DNA of 64,000 bases. Source: Oopsacas minuta. Taxonomy: Eukaryota > Animalia > Porifera. The position numbers were made by a program, and so were the translations under genes. Below the pieces are notes generated by a model that was not told the DNA's origin, did no database searches, and was given only the letters and a program-made list of their open reading frames with translations. Positions 34,015 to 45,700 of the stretch are shown here, one piece after another (within the stretch, counting starts at the first letter, position 1; every line of letters starts with the position of its first letter). The stretch is from assembly GCA_024704765.1 (NCBI GenBank), contig JAKMXF010000020.1, positions 25,669-89,668 of the forward strand, written 5' to 3'.

Positions 34015-37009
34015 CACAGTGGCACGGCATGTGGAAATAGGTGAAAAAAATATAACCTCAAATTGCTTTATAGTGTTGATATTTGAATTCAGCACCCCCA
34101 CAAACCTCGGAAAACATTTGACATCTCTACAATAGACTTTCCATTTAGCTCCTACGTCTATTCCAATGAGAGCATAATTGAAATTCGAAAGATTGATTTA
34201 CGGTTTCAATTTCGGTCATGATGTAATTTTGAATAATATGGATTCTCCACGTCAAATAACTGCTATTTATAGTATACCAATCGAAAGCTCTTATGTTGCT
34301 GAATAATAAATCACGTTAATCTTGGCTCCAATGAACAGATGGAATTTACTATTCTCATTTTAAACAAGCTTGTTCGTACAAGTACAATAAATAGAAACAC
34401 GTTTCATTAAAACTCTAGTACTTTTTTTGCCTTCACTTGCGGAACTTTCCATTGCACTTTCCTAATAGCTCTTTTCGTCCTCTACAAAATACACTTTAAA
34501 TTATGGTGTCAGGAAGTGTCAACGATATTTTTTTTTGCGATTTTAAATATAATCCATTCACAATTATCTAATTTTTGGCCCATATAAATCATAAATAATT
34601 GTTGTGGTTGTTTATTAGCACATTTTTCATTATGAATAACGAAGATGCATACACGTTCTTAACTGCACAAAAGAATAAAACAATCACTTCTCTCGCGTCC
34701 TCGTTTATTGTCCTCAATAATTTGGAAGAAACAGAGCATGATACAGTTCGGAGAAAATTTTCGACCCTCAGAGAAGATAGGAGAGAATACCTGAAACGAG
34801 CCGATATAACTACTTGGAATGCGATACCTTTTCATACACCACTTAAACACCCGAGATTGAGTACAGGTTATCAATGCTCAGATGAAGTCATGGTGATAGG
34901 GAGTGTTTCTTCTAGCCAATCAACCTCTGTTTTCGAAGAAGATTTTAGTAAGCCCACCCGTAAGCCTCTGAGGGAATTATCAACTAAAGGTCTTCGCAGC
35001 CGATTGTCCTCCTTACTAACACATCTTGAAAAGGTTGCTGTACAAGAGAATGTTTCCAGTAAAGAACTATCCTGTTACCTGATGATGCTATGTTCACAGA
35101 CTGAATACGACTTTACTACTACCAAGTTCTGTAAAGAAATTATTGCTAAGGGAAGCTTCGGTCCAGTCTGCAATAAACTAACCTGCGATAAAGCTGCGTT
35201 CTTGATGGATTCTTTAGAAATTGGAAAGAAGAAATACATCGATTTAAGACGTTTCTTGCTTTCAGATGTCCAGCTTCCAGGTTACAATCGATTAGCTACC
35301 TATCGATCTCAAATTTGCTTGACTAATGACATCTTTTCAGTTGATCGAGAACATCGGGTAGGCATTGCTGTATCTTACAAAAAGCTTCTGACTCGTACAG
35401 TAAACAGAATATTGACTGCTTCTGCCAATGAAATTCCCAGCGCCAGCAATCCTAAAAGGATACGAATTTCAGATGGACTTGACGGTTCTGGCTCTCACCG
35501 GGTTTATCAGCAAGCGACTCACCCCAATATTTCAACAAAAAGTTTTATTTTATTCGGGTTTAAGGTGATTTCCATATCCGACACCGATAACAAACTGATT
35601 TGGAAAAACCCTCTACCAAATTCTCCTTTCTCAATTAGACCCGTTGCGATACTAGCTCTACAGGAGAACGAAGACAATATTCGATATCTTATGGATACAC
35701 TAATCAATAAGGAGTCCACAGAGATAACGGAAAAGGGTTTAGAACTAACAAGCGGATTTTGTGAAGTTGAAATTCAACGTTCACAATTGGATGGCAAAAT
35801 GGCTAAGATTATTAGTGGAGCTGGGGTGCATGTTGCCAGTTCTGCACAGCGACATTCAAACAAATCCATGATCCGGATATCGTAAAAGACGGTTTTCCAA
35901 TTAATCGATCCATCACAGACCTGAAAGTATTATTTGATGAAGTTAACGAAGAGGAGTTTCTATCATTATCTTCTGACAACAGATTCAACGTTACACACAG
36001 ACCAATATCTGACTTAGAAATCATACCCAGTTCGCCTTTGCATGCATATCTCCGATGTTTTGGCTGGTTTTTACATCTAATTAGCCATTTGCACGCAGGA
36101 GTATTTAAGTGGTCACCAACTTCTAAGAGAGTCTCAGATGCTAAAACTTTCGTTACAAGTTTAATTAAAGACAATCTCAATATTATTATTGACATCCCTT
36201 CAACACAAGGTGGCAACGACTACTGGTAATGTGGTAAGACGATGCTTGATAAGAAAGGATGACAACGATCAAGATTTCCTCTACTGGGTTTTGACAGTGA
36301 TCCCGTCTGAGTTCAAGTCCCACATAATTGAAATTCACACATGCCTAGGAGCAATCCTACGCGTCTATAATAGCAGCAGAAGAGTGGATACAGAAGAACT
36401 AGCGCTTGTTTGCAGTAATATCTACCAGTCAATTCTCTGTGCATTTCCTTGGGCTAATGTTTCCCCGACGTTACACAAACTGTTGGCACATGCATCGGAA
36501 ATCATCTCAACGTTTAATGATGGACATGGGCTAGAGAACTTATCTGAAGAAGGACTAGAGGCTTCTAACAAATATATTCGGAGATACAGAGATCGTCTTG
36601 CTCGCAAGTTTTCATTTGAAGAAAATTTAAAGGATGTATTTGTTCGATTGATTTCTCACAGTGATCCCATGCTGTTAATGAATCGCAAGTTTTCTATTCC
36701 AAGGCCTCCATCTAGCCAAGGACTTAGAAGTAGCCAAGATATTTTAGTGAACACCCTTATTCGTGATCATGAAGATTATAATGATGATTAAAAGTAAACC
36801 TCTCAATCGATTAATAGAAAATTGGGGAATTTTCACACCTCAGATAGGTGACAATGACGTCATAACTTTGTCACCTGAAGGGATAGAGAAAAATGAGTAT
36901 CCCATTCGATTCGTTGGGCTCGAAAACCTATATGACAATAATACATTTTGAGGACCTATGTGCCATCAAAATGCCTATTTCCACATTCTGACCATTTCGT
37001 GCCACTGTG
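34015..37009 (+). mobile_element. Transib / RAG1-like DNA transposon, 2995 bp, complete ends
   Basis: Both ends start CACAGTGGCACG. Perfect 5-bp TSD CTGAG at 34010-34014 and 37010-37014. A shared distal block ATGTGGAAATAGG is present at both ends. Encodes a RAG1-core-like transposase. Confidence 0.95.
34632..36791 (+). pseudogene. RAG1-core-like (Transib) DDE transposase, ~720 aa after correcting two frameshifts
   Basis: Motifs colinear with RAG1 core: RKPLRELSTKGLRSRL (NBD-like), ISDGLDGSGSH (first Asp), PNSPFSIRPV, SQLDGKMAK (second Asp), ACCQFC (Zn), PLHAYLR, TTGNVVRR, TLHKLLAH (Zn), SEEGLEASNKYIRRYR (Glu), LARK. Frameshifts at the G4 run 35823-35826 and at ~36215. No internal stops in the corrected frame. 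Confidence 0.92.
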
Positions 37010-37674
37010 CTGAGGAAGTTACGGCCCTGATAAATTCTTAAAACAAACAAAACATTGAGTACTCGGAATTTACGAGGAAAGAATATTTAGAGAATTGGCT
37101 CATTTAAGTTTACGGATTATAATATGAAATTGGGTGAAAAATAAGTCTAATTGATGTGTGTTTTGGATTATGGGTGAGGGATAATCAGAGGATGAGCATT
37201 TTCAATTTACAGAATCAAGTGATGGTTGTGTGTACTTCAATTGTTAACTCAGATTACAAATATGCCGTCCACTAAATTGTGCTGCCCTAGGCGACTGCCT
37301 AGTTCGCCTAGTGGAAGGACCGGCCCTGCTGATTACTCATATATGTCTCTGTTGGCCCCATGATACCATGTTGAAATCTAATCTCTAGCATTCTTTTGAA
37401 TTTTACATAGATATGTATGGAAATATGATTAATTGCTTAGGGGCGTGAAAATATACATGGCAGAAATGTTCAAATGTCAGGTGCACAACTAGATGTCACT
37501 ATGATACATGTCAAATTTCGAGTCTCAATCTCCATAGGTGTGAACAGGAGAGCGAACACATATCTATACGTATATGTATTTACCGACTTGCTAAGAAAGT
37601 CAACCATTTAGAACTGTGCCACTATATTATAGTATAGTATAGTGGTACAGTATAAAAGTAAAATATGACTAATC

Positions 37675-38399
37675 CAGGGATGCCAACCTCTCAAAACAAA
37701 AAAGCGGGAGGTCTTCGCCATTTTGGCGGGAGTTTGTCCTAAAAGCGGGAGACTTAAAATATGTGCTATTTAAGCTAATTTCGTAAATTTTCCATTAATA
37801 TAATGATAAAATCTAAGTTGACTAATTCATTCAAATATCGTCAAGAATAATGAATTATTTATGAATAACTCTTTCGCAATTTATACATTATTCTTTTTGA
37901 GGAGTTGATTAATTAATGGGTTTATATAATTCATAATGATATTGAATAATATATCTCAGTGTCGCGAATTCTGAACCACATGGGGACTAGAGAAACTGTT
38001 CGTAATATAGAGAATTCATATTTATCAACTCGACTTAATACAAATCCTATTTATGCATTAAAATTGGGGCAAGAAGGTAATTAATATAAAATGAATTATT
38101 CAAAAAGAATTATTCATTATTCATGAATTAGTCAACTTAGGATAAAATATCATTACAGGGGGCTTTGAGAATAATATAAATTTGAGAATAATATAAGTAC
38201 TGAAGTGTGTAAGTCCAAAGTCTGGATAATTTGGTTCTCGAATCTCGAATAACTAATTAAAAATATGGTATTTTCTACTAAAATGTCATAGAATCTAAAT
38301 ATAGAAAAAAATCCAAAAAATCGGGAGTTTCAAAATTTTGGCGGGAGGACGGAGGTGGGTGGTGAAATAGGCTAAAAAGCGGGCGAGTTGGCAACCCTG
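37675..38399. mobile_element. hAT-type MITE with an internal inverted-repeat insert
   Basis: Ends CAGGGATGCCAAC / CAGGGTTGCCAAC with repeated subterminal GCGGGAG. Internal inverted pair AAGTTGACTAATTCAT at ~37815 and ~38125. No matching TSD. Confidence 0.65.
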
Positions 38400-38959
38400 T
38401 ATTGCGTCATCACGTACATCAAATAACCCAATATTTCGCGTATACCTTTTCGTAATAAACTGATGTTGCTCGATTGCGTCTGGATATTTTATCGGTTTCT
38501 CTAATCGCCATTCATAATCGATGTTGGGCGCTGCAAATGGTTGTGTTAGGGTTTTTGCGAATAGAGCAGTATTTATTATATTTTTTCTGAAAATTATATC
38601 TTTGCTAATATCAGAATCATCTATCATGACTTCATGATTCACAGTACAACCTCCAAACACCCCTTGATCTATGTGACTATAACTACAGGGGTAGCCGATT
38701 GAAATGAGAATATTCTGGGTGTTATAGCTAAATGGTTACCCCGGGATCTCTCCATCCTCTCGATGCGATCTGGTTCCACCCATGGAATTCGGAATTGAGG
38801 GAATGAGAATTGTTTTCTTGTTGTCAACATTATAAATATATTGCTAGTGAATATATATATGGGGTAACCATATGGTCTGATTAAGATAATGAATTGTACT
38901 GTCTAGATCTTATTATTTCTAGAAAATCAGTAATTCAAAATTAATAATATTTCAGGAGT

Positions 38960-39944
38960 TTATTGACTAAAAATGTGTAACCCAAAATTAGTACCTATAG
39001 AACTACAAATAATCTTGTTACTGTTGGTTACTACTATTCCGTTAGGGACAATTCTCTTGTCATCATCTTGTGTATCTCCCAGTGTGTGAAGTAGATCTCC
39101 ATCTAGAGAGAATACTTTGATATTTCTATCTATTACGTCTCCGATCAGAATATTCTGTTTCTTATCGAAACAGAATGTGTTTGGTCCTTCAACTTGTGCA
39201 TTACCCTGCTCACTACATGTGATAAAAGAGCGTAGCTTCTCACCAGCTGGAGAGAACACGTGTAGACACGGGTTGTCAGTACTACTCAAGACATACAATG
39301 AACCATCAAGTAGTTTAACATCTTGTGGCTCTGTCATGGTGTGATGTGTGATGTAATGTTGGTGTTTTAGGTAAACTTTCATCACTGCTATCCTGTGGTT
39401 ATTTTTATCTGCTACGAACACAGATCCGTCAGTAGATACAGCGAGGCCACATGGAGAATTAAACTCTCCCACACTATTTCCCTTCTTACCTCCTATAGTT
39501 ACCAATTTGAAGTTTGGTAACTTAAAATGATATATGGAATGAGAGAAGATATTACTGACGTATACATTCTCGCCACTCATAGCTATGCCTCCTGGAAACT
39601 TAAACATTCCCTTATACACTGTTTCAATGTATTCTCCTGTAACAGAGAATACAATTATACTACTTAGAATACCACCACGTACTAGGTAGATGAGTTGTGT
39701 TTTCTCATCGAATACTACTCCACCAGCACTTGTAATTTCTCCATCATCTGTTCCATACTTCCCGACAGATATGCTAGGTTGTTGGAGAGCTGAGTAGTTT
39801 GGTGTCTGGATGATATCCCTCTCTATCAGCTGGCCTAACACAGATACTCTCCACTATCTGTTGTGCATCGTACTGGAACAGCACCTCTGTCTCCCTCACT
39901 GTAACCTGCAGCTCTCTTATCCTATCGTCCATCTCCTCAATCAT
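38960..39944 (-). pseudogene. NHL-repeat beta-propeller (TRIM71/NHL-like C-terminal part), 5'-truncated with a frameshift
   Basis: NHL repeats FNSPCGLAVSTDGSVFVADKNNHRI and GPNTFCFDKKQNILIGD. The upstream coiled-coil-like MIEEMDDRIRELQVTVRE (ATG 39944) is out of frame, with the break at ~39845. Confidence 0.7.
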
Positions 39945-41126
39945 CCTCTCACCACCTGGTGCTAATCCGTGAATTTTAAGTAAAAACACTTGAGTTAATA
40001 TGTTATACCGTCGATTAGTTTTTGAAAGAACCGCATTTGTCAGTTGTCCTTCAATAAAATGCAATAAAATATTCATAGATTCATTACAGGAGAAATCACT
40101 ATCAGTTAAATCTAGAGCATGTGCCTCAAATTCAACAGGTTAATTGTGGGTTTTAACTGATTGATAGCTAATTGTATTTGGGTGTCAATTGATAGTTCAG
40201 AGGTGGTTCGCTCACTACGTGTTGGTGTGGTAAATTTATCTACTTCATTAACCGAATACGGCCGGGAGATATTCATGGGATTTTGAAGTAACATTTTCTA
40301 TAACTAATTGTACGTAAAAGGATCCAATAACTTGTCAGATTTATCGCTAAACCCTACTAAACCACCTGTACTTTAGTTTTATTGATTGCGATTAAGTGAT
40401 AAATAATAATTAGATAATTGATTCTACCATTTCTACTATTGTCAAGTTATCATTGCAGCTACACGAGTTTCCCTAGATATTTATTCTTTACACTAGCCGA
40501 TAAACTAAGGATGTATCTATCATACGTAAATATATTAATTTGAAATCGTCATTGAGACAAGAAATATGCATGAAATTATAATAGTTGTGATATTTATTTG
40601 CTGCACCAAAAGGGGTAATGAATTGTTTACACTTTCAATTATAAAACAATTACATATCTAATTGCTCAAGATTCAATGGTTTCAACTATATAGATTCCAT
40701 TAATTACTTAGTATAGTTTACTAAACAAGAAAAACACTGATAAAGAATCAGTCAACGAAATGCACACTTGCAATAACGTATATAAGAATAAAGAAAAGAT
40801 TTCAATTAGTAACTGTATAAAATGAATTTGTAAATTGAATGTGTAAAGCAATGCGTAAAATTCTATACTTAGAAACTGTGTAAATTGAATTTTACAGGAA
40901 TTATAATTATATTTATAACTAGTAAGACAAACCTCATTATTCTCTTCGCCTTCATCAGTTTGAATGTGGAAATTTGAGAGTTCAGGTAGAAAGATTTGAA
41001 ATAAATAAGATGTAGTATCAAAAATATTTATTATTTAGAGGTTATAGTTTGAAGACTTATATAATTGATTTCAATCAATGCTGGCGGTCCAAACAATTAG
41101 GGTGGTAAAATTGGAGGTATTAAAAA

Positions 41127-41175
41127 GTACCTAGCGCATGCGCTGCTAGTACCTGGCGCATGCGCTACTAGTACC
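41127..41175. promoter_or_regulatory. 22-bp tandem duplication, each unit carrying a GCGCATGCGC palindrome (NRF1-like motif)
   Basis: GTACCTAGCGCATGCGCTGCTA and GTACCTGGCGCATGCGCTACTA (20/22 identical). The repeat is seen directly; regulatory function is inferred. Confidence 0.3.
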
Positions 41176-42734
41176 CATGCCCATATATAATAAATAGTGG
41201 GGTGTAGAGTATATACATAGTGGTTTTGAAGAGTAGATAATTTTTAACCACAAATCATACCAGTTGTCGTATGCGCAACCATGTAACCACAATGGTAATT
41301 GGAATTTCTTTGAAAGGTTACTTCTGTATAAATAGCTGTTGCAATTCCTAAGTAAAACTTCCGGCTGAGTTAATGGCAGATAACATAACCTACTCAACGA
41401 TATCGCTCAATTGTAACACAAAGAAGCGAAAGACTGAAGAAGACACTATTCTTTCTCTGACTGATGATGTTAATAACGTAATTCTATCCGAAGATCCACT
41501 AATCAGTGCAGAATTCAATGTATCACAAGGTATTGTCTATTTAAGTTATATAATTATATCTCTTATTATCAATGTTCTAGGTTATCGTGCCTCCGATGGT
41601 AATGTCAATCCATGGTCCAAAATTTCGATAGAGTGTCATTGCCTTAGTATATAGAATGCTATGGTTCAATTAAAACTTGAGTCTTTCTAGAATTTTCTCT
41701 TAAAAATATAAGCATTTTTGCTAAAACAAAGAAATGATTGTACTACAGTCAATATCCGCTATCTCGAAAGTCGTCTCTTTCAAATGATGAAAATTTTAGG
41801 GTACATTTCTATTAATAAAGAGCCCAAACAAAAGATCGTTGCTGCGAAATAGTGGCACTTAATGTTCAATCGAATAGCAAAGGGAGAAACACACCGGACG
41901 AATATCCAACACATCCAATTCATTATTTATCACAGTGATTCTCTTAAATGTTGGCTGTGGAGATGACACCGATAAAATATATGTACAAGGCAGTGAATTC
42001 AATATTGGCCCACTATGCCAGTGGTTCTCAATCGGTGTGAGTGCCCCCTCCCCTTGTAGTAGGGGCACTAATTCCGTCAGGAACACAATCGTCATTCATT
42101 TGTCCTTACATCCCACTTTACACTAGTAAATATTAGTAATACTGTGGTGTATGCACCATAGTACTCAAATAGCTACGTCTTTATTGGCGAAAATGAACAA
42201 TAAATCGCTTAAAAAGCATGCTATTCCATATTCACTGCCAGCATAAGTAGGTAGTCTGAATCCCGAAAAGTTGTTGTCCCACTAGAGATGATTTCTGCCA
42301 CCCAGGTGCCCGCCAGTTGTGGCATCGCCTTTGAGTGTGCCACCAAAGTGTCACTGGCATAAAAGAAATTGGTTTAATATGCTTTCAAGGGAACAGTTCC
42401 GGTTTTGGATCTAAAAGTGCTAAGAGTAAAGAGGAACTGCTCCTGAATACCAATATTTACTACATTTAGGTGCAGGGTGCTGAGTTAATTGCGAAGCAAA
42501 AGGCTGGTTTTTACTGAACTTGCAATCACTCAAGCCCCATCCCGGTCTGACAGCGAACTAACAATTCCTGATATTTTCGGATTATAGAGAATATTGTGAA
42601 AGTAACAACATTGATTAATTGAAATTCAGGAGCAGATATGCAACATAAGTGAGACAAGTAGATTATCTATTCAATGTCTAGAGAATTTACATAACAATAA
42701 TAATAAGAAGAAGCTTGATCTAAGTATATTAACT

Positions 42735-45700
42735 TCATGATTTAGTCCTTTTTGAAGTGGGCATAACAAAGTCATCATCAGTAGAGGATCCTACAGAAAT
42801 AACGTAATCACTTTCATCATCATCAGAATCTAAGGTGGTAACTGGGTTCTTTTTCTGTGTAGCAGCTCTCTTCATACCTTTTGATCTCTTTCCGAGAAGG
42901 GAGCTGGTATCGTCCTCGACTGACTGTTGTGAGCTCTGTTAGAAATACATTAAAAATTACTATTCCATCAAGCAATAATTATTATTCTAACAGAGATACA
43001 CAGTAAAAGTACAAACAAAATCTCAGAGACTGGTCTATACTTCGTATTTTGAATAAATTTTATTATATTAATAACTAACATCAGCTAAGGTCTTGAAATC
43101 TGATGCATTGGTATCAACAGTAAAGTTAGAATCAGAATCATCACTAGATAGACTCAATATTCTTTTTGAGTATTTCTTTTGTTTAGTTTTTGTCTGTAGA
43201 AGAAATTGTCATATCATAACAGAAGATTTAATATTAAGCATTCTATATTTTAATTATACCTCTCGCTTCTTGACAGGGGATGTTTTACGTATAGGTTCTA
43301 TTGGCTTATCATCCATTAAATCATTACTGCTGTCGAGTTGATTAGCCAAATCAAAGGGGTCAGAATTATCCACAACATATTCGCCCTTCTTTGAAGTTTT
43401 CTTCTTACTCTTCTGTTGTTAGAAACATAGTGTTAATAAATGTGTATATATATCAGGGCTGGCGCAACCAATGGTGTCCTGGGTGTCCGGACACCCACTG
43501 CCACGAAAGACCTTTGCATTATCCTCTATGCTAATGGCTGTTTAGACACCCACAAGCTTTAATTGGCGGTGCCGGTGTCACATAGTAATTTTCCCTACAC
43601 ATATATTTCCCCCCCGGGAAAATTATGAAGTGTAGTAAATCACCCAGAATTCAACAAAGCAATTTAAAACAATTGAATCCATATTAGCTTCAGACAGAAG
43701 TCAAACAAGTAAATTGCAACTAGGAAGTATCGTAAATATATATATTATACATTTGATGATCAAATTTCACTTTGATTTATGCAACTTTTAACTTATGAAG
43801 ATATTTACAATTATGTGGAAAGGGGATTCTACTCAAAATCTTTTGAAAACCTGGACAAGAAATTATTAAAGGATAAAAAGAGAGATTTTAGAAAGAAATG
43901 TCAATCGTTTCAAGTTAAAAATGGCCTTCTCTATCATATTCCGACGAAGTCACGAACTGATAGTATCAGAGAAGTCCCAAAGGAGATAGACATAGGAAGA
44001 ATTTTTCGAGCATTGGATTGTTCTAAGGCGGGCGGTTGTCACTTTGGTATTTGTTCTACATTCAATAAGATATCTGAAAGGTACTGGTGGAAAAGGATGT
44101 ACAATGATATTCTCTCGAAGTTAAATAGTTGTCAAGAATGTCAACAGCAAAATCAATTCAAGAGAGGCCCATCCGAACTATATCCTGTGAATATACCAGA
44201 TAGAAGTTTTTCCAAATGGGGAATGGATTTAATTGGTCCTCTCACAGCAACAGTGGAAGGAAATTCTTATATTATTGTTTTTTACTGAATATCTCACTCG
44301 ATGGGCAGAGGTCAAGGCAATTCCTAACAAGACTGCCTCTTGTGCTTTTGCTGTGATATTGGATCTTATAATAACTTGATTTGGTGCCCCTGAAAAATAT
44401 AATCTCTGATGAGGGAAGAGAATTCGTAAATGAACTCAACCATCTACTCTTTCTAGAACTTGAGAGTAAGCATAACATATGCAGTGCATATCATCCGCAG
44501 TCTAATGGACTGACGGAAAGATTTAATCAAACTCTCATCACCCAGTTGCGGAAGCTGGTGAACGACAATATGGACAATTGGGATAAGTTCATCTCTTGGA
44601 TATTAATGTCCTTCAGGTCTAATCGACAAGCATCTACAAAATTCTCGCCGTATTTTTTAGTTTATGGAATACAAATGTGACTACCAATCGAGCTAGAATC
44701 ATGTAAAGTTAACACAGATATGGAACAAAATGACCAAGATGTCTTGGAATCCAGAATCACGCGGCTAGGAATTCTAAACTCGTTCAGGATTACTGCTAAA
44801 TGTAACCTTACTAACTCTCAGCAAGCACAAAAACAACAATACGATTCTAAACACCAATGTCCCAAGTATAAAATGAGCGATCTTGTATGGTATAAAGACT
44901 GTCGACGCAATACACGTAAGGGTGGAAAGCTTGAATCTGTATGGATAGGGAAGAGAATTATCGTAGAAGTCTTGGAAATAGGTACATATAAATTAGATGG
45001 TCTCAAAAGATTGTTTAATGCTACTAAACTTAAACCAGTTATTAAGGAGGATGTGGTAACAGAATTACCAGCTAAGAAAACCAAATTAATCGAAACAATA
45101 ACGAAGAAGTAATTCCACTTGAAATAAAACAGGAGGTTCAAAACTATATATTTAATCCACCAGATGAACAATGGCAGAGGAAGATATGCGATCCTTCTGG
45201 AGGAGTATTGAAGTTTAAGGAGAAGTCGCCACCTATTGGTCAAGTACTAAATGTCAAATTTACAACATTTTCGAAACCGACTCGAATAAAGCTATTATCG
45301 GCGATGGTAATTGTTCTTTTAGAGCTTTATCATTCGTAATTACTGGAGAAGAAGACCAGCAATCTGCATTACGTAAATATGTATGTGATTTTATGGAATT
45401 ACAAGGGAAGGAAATAGGTGGAAAAACCCCAAAGATTATCTCGAAGAATCGAAAATGAGGAAAGATGGAACGCGGGGAACTACAGATGAAACTTTTTTCT
45501 GCAGCAGGATTGTTAAAAACTACAATTTATACCTGGAATATATTTGGAGAAATACTCTGATGGAATCGATATAGTCATAATAAAGAAAATATCAACAATT
45601 TCGGGATATATGTTGATAATTCTACTGGCATCAATTATGATATATTGTTATATCGATTGGTAAAAGATAATAGCATTTCTTTTGTTTTCATTATTTTTAG

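Larger units (their letters stand above)
33393..37328 (-). mobile_element. Internally deleted hAT element hosting the Transib insertion
   Basis: TIRs CAGGCCCGGTCCTT / CAGGGCCGGTCCTT. Near-TSD cttgatta / ct-gatta. Minus-strand relic at ~33545-33785 reads ALHILLTLPVSVAGGERNFSNLKLIKTYIRSSMRQERL (hAT dimerisation domain). Confidence 0.85.

Noticed and set aside
34015-37009. A RAG2-like gene or a canonical RSS nonamer (ACAAAAACC) in the Transib element
   Set aside because: The transposase fills most of the element, and the ~620-bp left and ~220-bp right margins hold no kelch-like ORF. The distal conserved block is ATGTGGAAATAGG, not the nonamer.
42240-42400. Possible integrase zinc-finger relic (minus strand DATTGGHLGGR)
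   Set aside because: Only a short motif amid stops, which is insufficient to call.
43260-43412. Possibility that duplicated TOP2 exon B is a frameshifted poison exon
   Set aside because: On recount it is 153 nt (G4 run at 43276-43279), in frame with both neighbours.
43779-45112. Gypsy LTR retrotransposon call
   Set aside because: No gag, protease, RT or LTRs. TIRs plus a CCGG TSD indicate Ginger1.
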